NCBI GenBank assembly: GCA_963663165.1
Contig: OY760175.1
Span: forward strand, 1,920,001-1,984,000
Length of the DNA stretch: 64,000 nt
Direction of reading: 5' to 3'
Source: an uncultured Desulfospira sp.
Lineage (GTDB): Bacteria; Desulfobacterota; Desulfobacteria; Desulfobacterales; Desulfobacteraceae
Position numbers and translations under genes: made by a program. Below, piece after piece: positions 62,101 through 64,000 of the stretch. The notes beneath the pieces were generated by a model that made no database searches, was not told the DNA's origin, and saw only the letters and a program-made list of their open reading frames with translations. Within the stretch, counting starts at the first letter, position 1. Each line of letters opens with the position of its first letter.

Positions 62101-63519
62101 TCATCCTTTCAAAAGGGGCAGGGCCAGCTCATGGGTGCAGGCCTTGGCCATGAGTTCCAGATCATGGGTAATCACCAGCACCAGGATTCCGCTGGCCGCA
62201 AGTTCCCGGATCATGTTGGAAATAATGTCCATATTCACCCCGTCAAGGCCGGACGTGGGTTCGTCCAGGATCAGGACCCCCGGGGACTTAATCAGGGCTG
62301 CGGCAATGACCAGCCGCTGTTTTTGCCCCCCGGAAAGGGACTGGGGATGCCGCTTTGAAAAACGGGAGAGGTTGAATTTTTCCAAAAGGTCCTGGACATC
62401 TTCCGTTTTCCCTTTAAATTTTTCCCCGGAAAAATAAAGCTCTTTTTCAACGGTTTTCATGTGAAGCTGGTGATCGGTATTTTGAAGGACAATGCTCCCT
62501 TTTTTCAAAAGCTGCTTTGGGGTCAGACTGACCCCGTCCTTGCGGATCACGGCGTTTTTCACGGGCAGCAGGCCGGTGAGCATCCGGGCCAGGGTGGTCT
62601 TGCCGGTGCCGTTGCCCCCGGTCACGGCCACGGCCGCGCTGCCGGGAAAGGATAAGGAGGCCCTATCGTAAATCAGGGGTTTATTTTTATACCCGAATGT
62701 CAAATTTTCAACGGTGATCTTGTGGTCCCGGACTTTAAAGGTGCCGTCGGCCCGGCCGATTTCCGGCAGGCGCCCGTTCAAAGGGGATACCCGGGCGGCG
62801 CGCAGCCCGTACCTTTCCCGGAAGGCATCATCATCCAGGGTGTCAAAACCGGTTTCTTCAGCGATTTTCCCGTTTTCCAGCACCAGGACCCGGTCAATCA
62901 ATCCCTTAAGCCAGTAAAGCCTGTGGTCGGCAATAAAAAGGGTCATGCCCTGGGCTTTTAACTTGGCCAGGTGGCCGGCAAGCTCCCGGGTGGCCACGGG
63001 GTCCAGGTTGGCCGAGGGTTCATCCAGGATCAACAGCCTGGGATTCAGGGCCAGGACAGACCCCAGGGCCAGCTTTTGTTTTTCCCCTTCAGACAAATCA
63101 AAAATGGAATTTCCCATTACTTTTTGAAGGCCGAACCGCCGGGTTTCCTTAGCCAGGATCTTGGCGATCCGGTCCGGGCGCTCTCCCCGGCACTCCAGGG
63201 CAAACCCCATTTCATCGGTAGCATTCAAGGCGAAGAACTGGTGTTCCGGGTCCTGGAACATGGTGCCCACGGTCTTTGAAATTTCGTGAACACTTAACGC
63301 TTTTGTCTCCCGGCCATTGATCTTCACACTGCCTTCAAAGATCCCTTTAAAATAGTGGGGAGAAAGGCCGTTGATCAGCCGGATCAGGGTGGATTTCCCG
63401 GAACCGGAGCTGCCGGTGCAAAGAACGGCCTGGCCTTGTGGCACATCAAAACTGATCTGTTCAACGGCCGGTTCCGGATGAAAGGGATAGGTATAGGTGA
63501 CGTTTTTAAACTCAATCAT
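62101..63519 (-). CDS. ECF transporter duplicated ATPase
   Basis: Two Walker A motifs (GSSGSGKS, GGNGTGKT); FQDPEHQFF; LSGGQKQR. Confidence 0.92.
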   Translation of the reverse strand: MIEFKNVTYTYPFHPEPAVEQISFDVPQGQAVLCTGSSGSGKSTLIRLINGLSPHYFKGIFEGSVKINGRETKALSVHEISKTVGTMFQDPEHQFFALNATDEMGFALECRGERPDRIAKILAKETRRFGLQKVMGNSIFDLSEGEKQKLALGSVLALNPRLLILDEPSANLDPVATRELAGHLAKLKAQGMTLFIADHRLYWLKGLIDRVLVLENGKIAEETGFDTLDDDAFRERYGLRAARVSPLNGRLPEIGRADGTFKVRDHKITVENLTFGYKNKPLIYDRASLSFPGSAAVAVTGGNGTGKTTLARMLTGLLPVKNAVIRKDGVSLTPKQLLKKGSIVLQNTDHQLHMKTVEKELYFSGEKFKGKTEDVQDLLEKFNLSRFSKRHPQSLSGGQKQRLVIAAALIKSPGVLILDEPTSGLDGVNMDIISNMIRELAASGILVLVITHDLELMAKACTHELALPLLKG

Positions 63520-64000
63520 AAAAAACAGGCCCCCATCAGCATCAGGGCCGCCCCCATGGTCAGGATATCGGCAATCCCGATCACGGAAGTTGAGGTCCGG
63601 ACGGCCCGTGAGGCCCCAAGCCCTTTTAACTCGGCTGCCACACTCAGTTCATCTGCAGAGCGCAGTGCCCGGATCACCACCGGAACAAACAAAAGGCGCA
63701 TGGTCAGCAGCGGATGCACGGTCATGGAAAATATGGAGAGCCTGTACCCCTTGGTCTTCATGCTCTCGGAGATCTGTTTGACATCGTTGATAAAGCTTGG
63801 GATAAACCGGACCATCACCGTGGTGGGCAGGTAAATAAAAAAAGGAAGGCGCAGTGCCTTTAAGGTGGTCATAAACTCCTGGACCCGGCAGGAAAGGGCC
63901 AGGGCCAGGATCACATTAACCAGGATCATGATTCTTAAAAACGGATTAATAAACGGTGCCACCCCCTTTTGCCCCATATCGGGCCAGACCACGAGCATGA
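63516..64000 (-). CDS. ECF transporter T component (5' truncated by window edge)
   Basis: RFIP..MKTKG; ALRSADELSVAAELKG. Confidence 0.85.
   Translation of the reverse strand, partial: MLVVWPDMGQKGVAPFINPFLRIMILVNVILALALSCRVQEFMTTLKALRLPFFIYLPTTVMVRFIPSFINDVKQISESMKTKGYRLSIFSMTVHPLLTMRLLFVPVVIRALRSADELSVAAELKGLGASRAVRTSTSVIGIADILTMGAALMLMGACFL

Overview
Chromosomal window from what is probably a sulfate-reducing Desulfobacteraceae-type deltaproteobacterium (inferred from gene content only). It opens with nested IS4-family elements and a Phd-VapC pair. Next come a sigma54-driven TAXI-TRAP / CoA-transferase / TSUP operon with a kinase, activator and binding-protein regulatory unit, then trmO, a PilZ gene, and a TPP-riboswitch thiM + NRAMP-like operon with an IS4-type MITE at its promoter. 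The middle holds an S8 protease, a degenerate GGDEF-tamB-Omp85 operon, a group II intron RT fragment, a second TA pair, rsgA, a RAYT with REPs, a stand-alone cooS and a signalling cluster containing an unknown 486-aa protein. The last third has a TonB2/TtpC-type system, a ygeY-like hydrolase, a PEP-CTERM-type gene and Ni/Co and ECF uptake genes. Intergenic DNA is rich in 6/7-mer repeat arrays and REP-like palindromes. No rRNA, tRNA or CRISPR array was seen. The best leads for undescribed biology are (1) AATTC(C)GGGGAC-type palindromes with stuttered ends bordering orphan gene fragments, (2) a 6TM kinase translationally coupled to an unknown enzyme-like protein, (3) a TPP-regulated NRAMP-like transporter lacking the metal-binding Asp, and (4) the TAXI / CoA-transferase catabolic operon. 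All family calls come from motif recognition by eye; no database searches were run.
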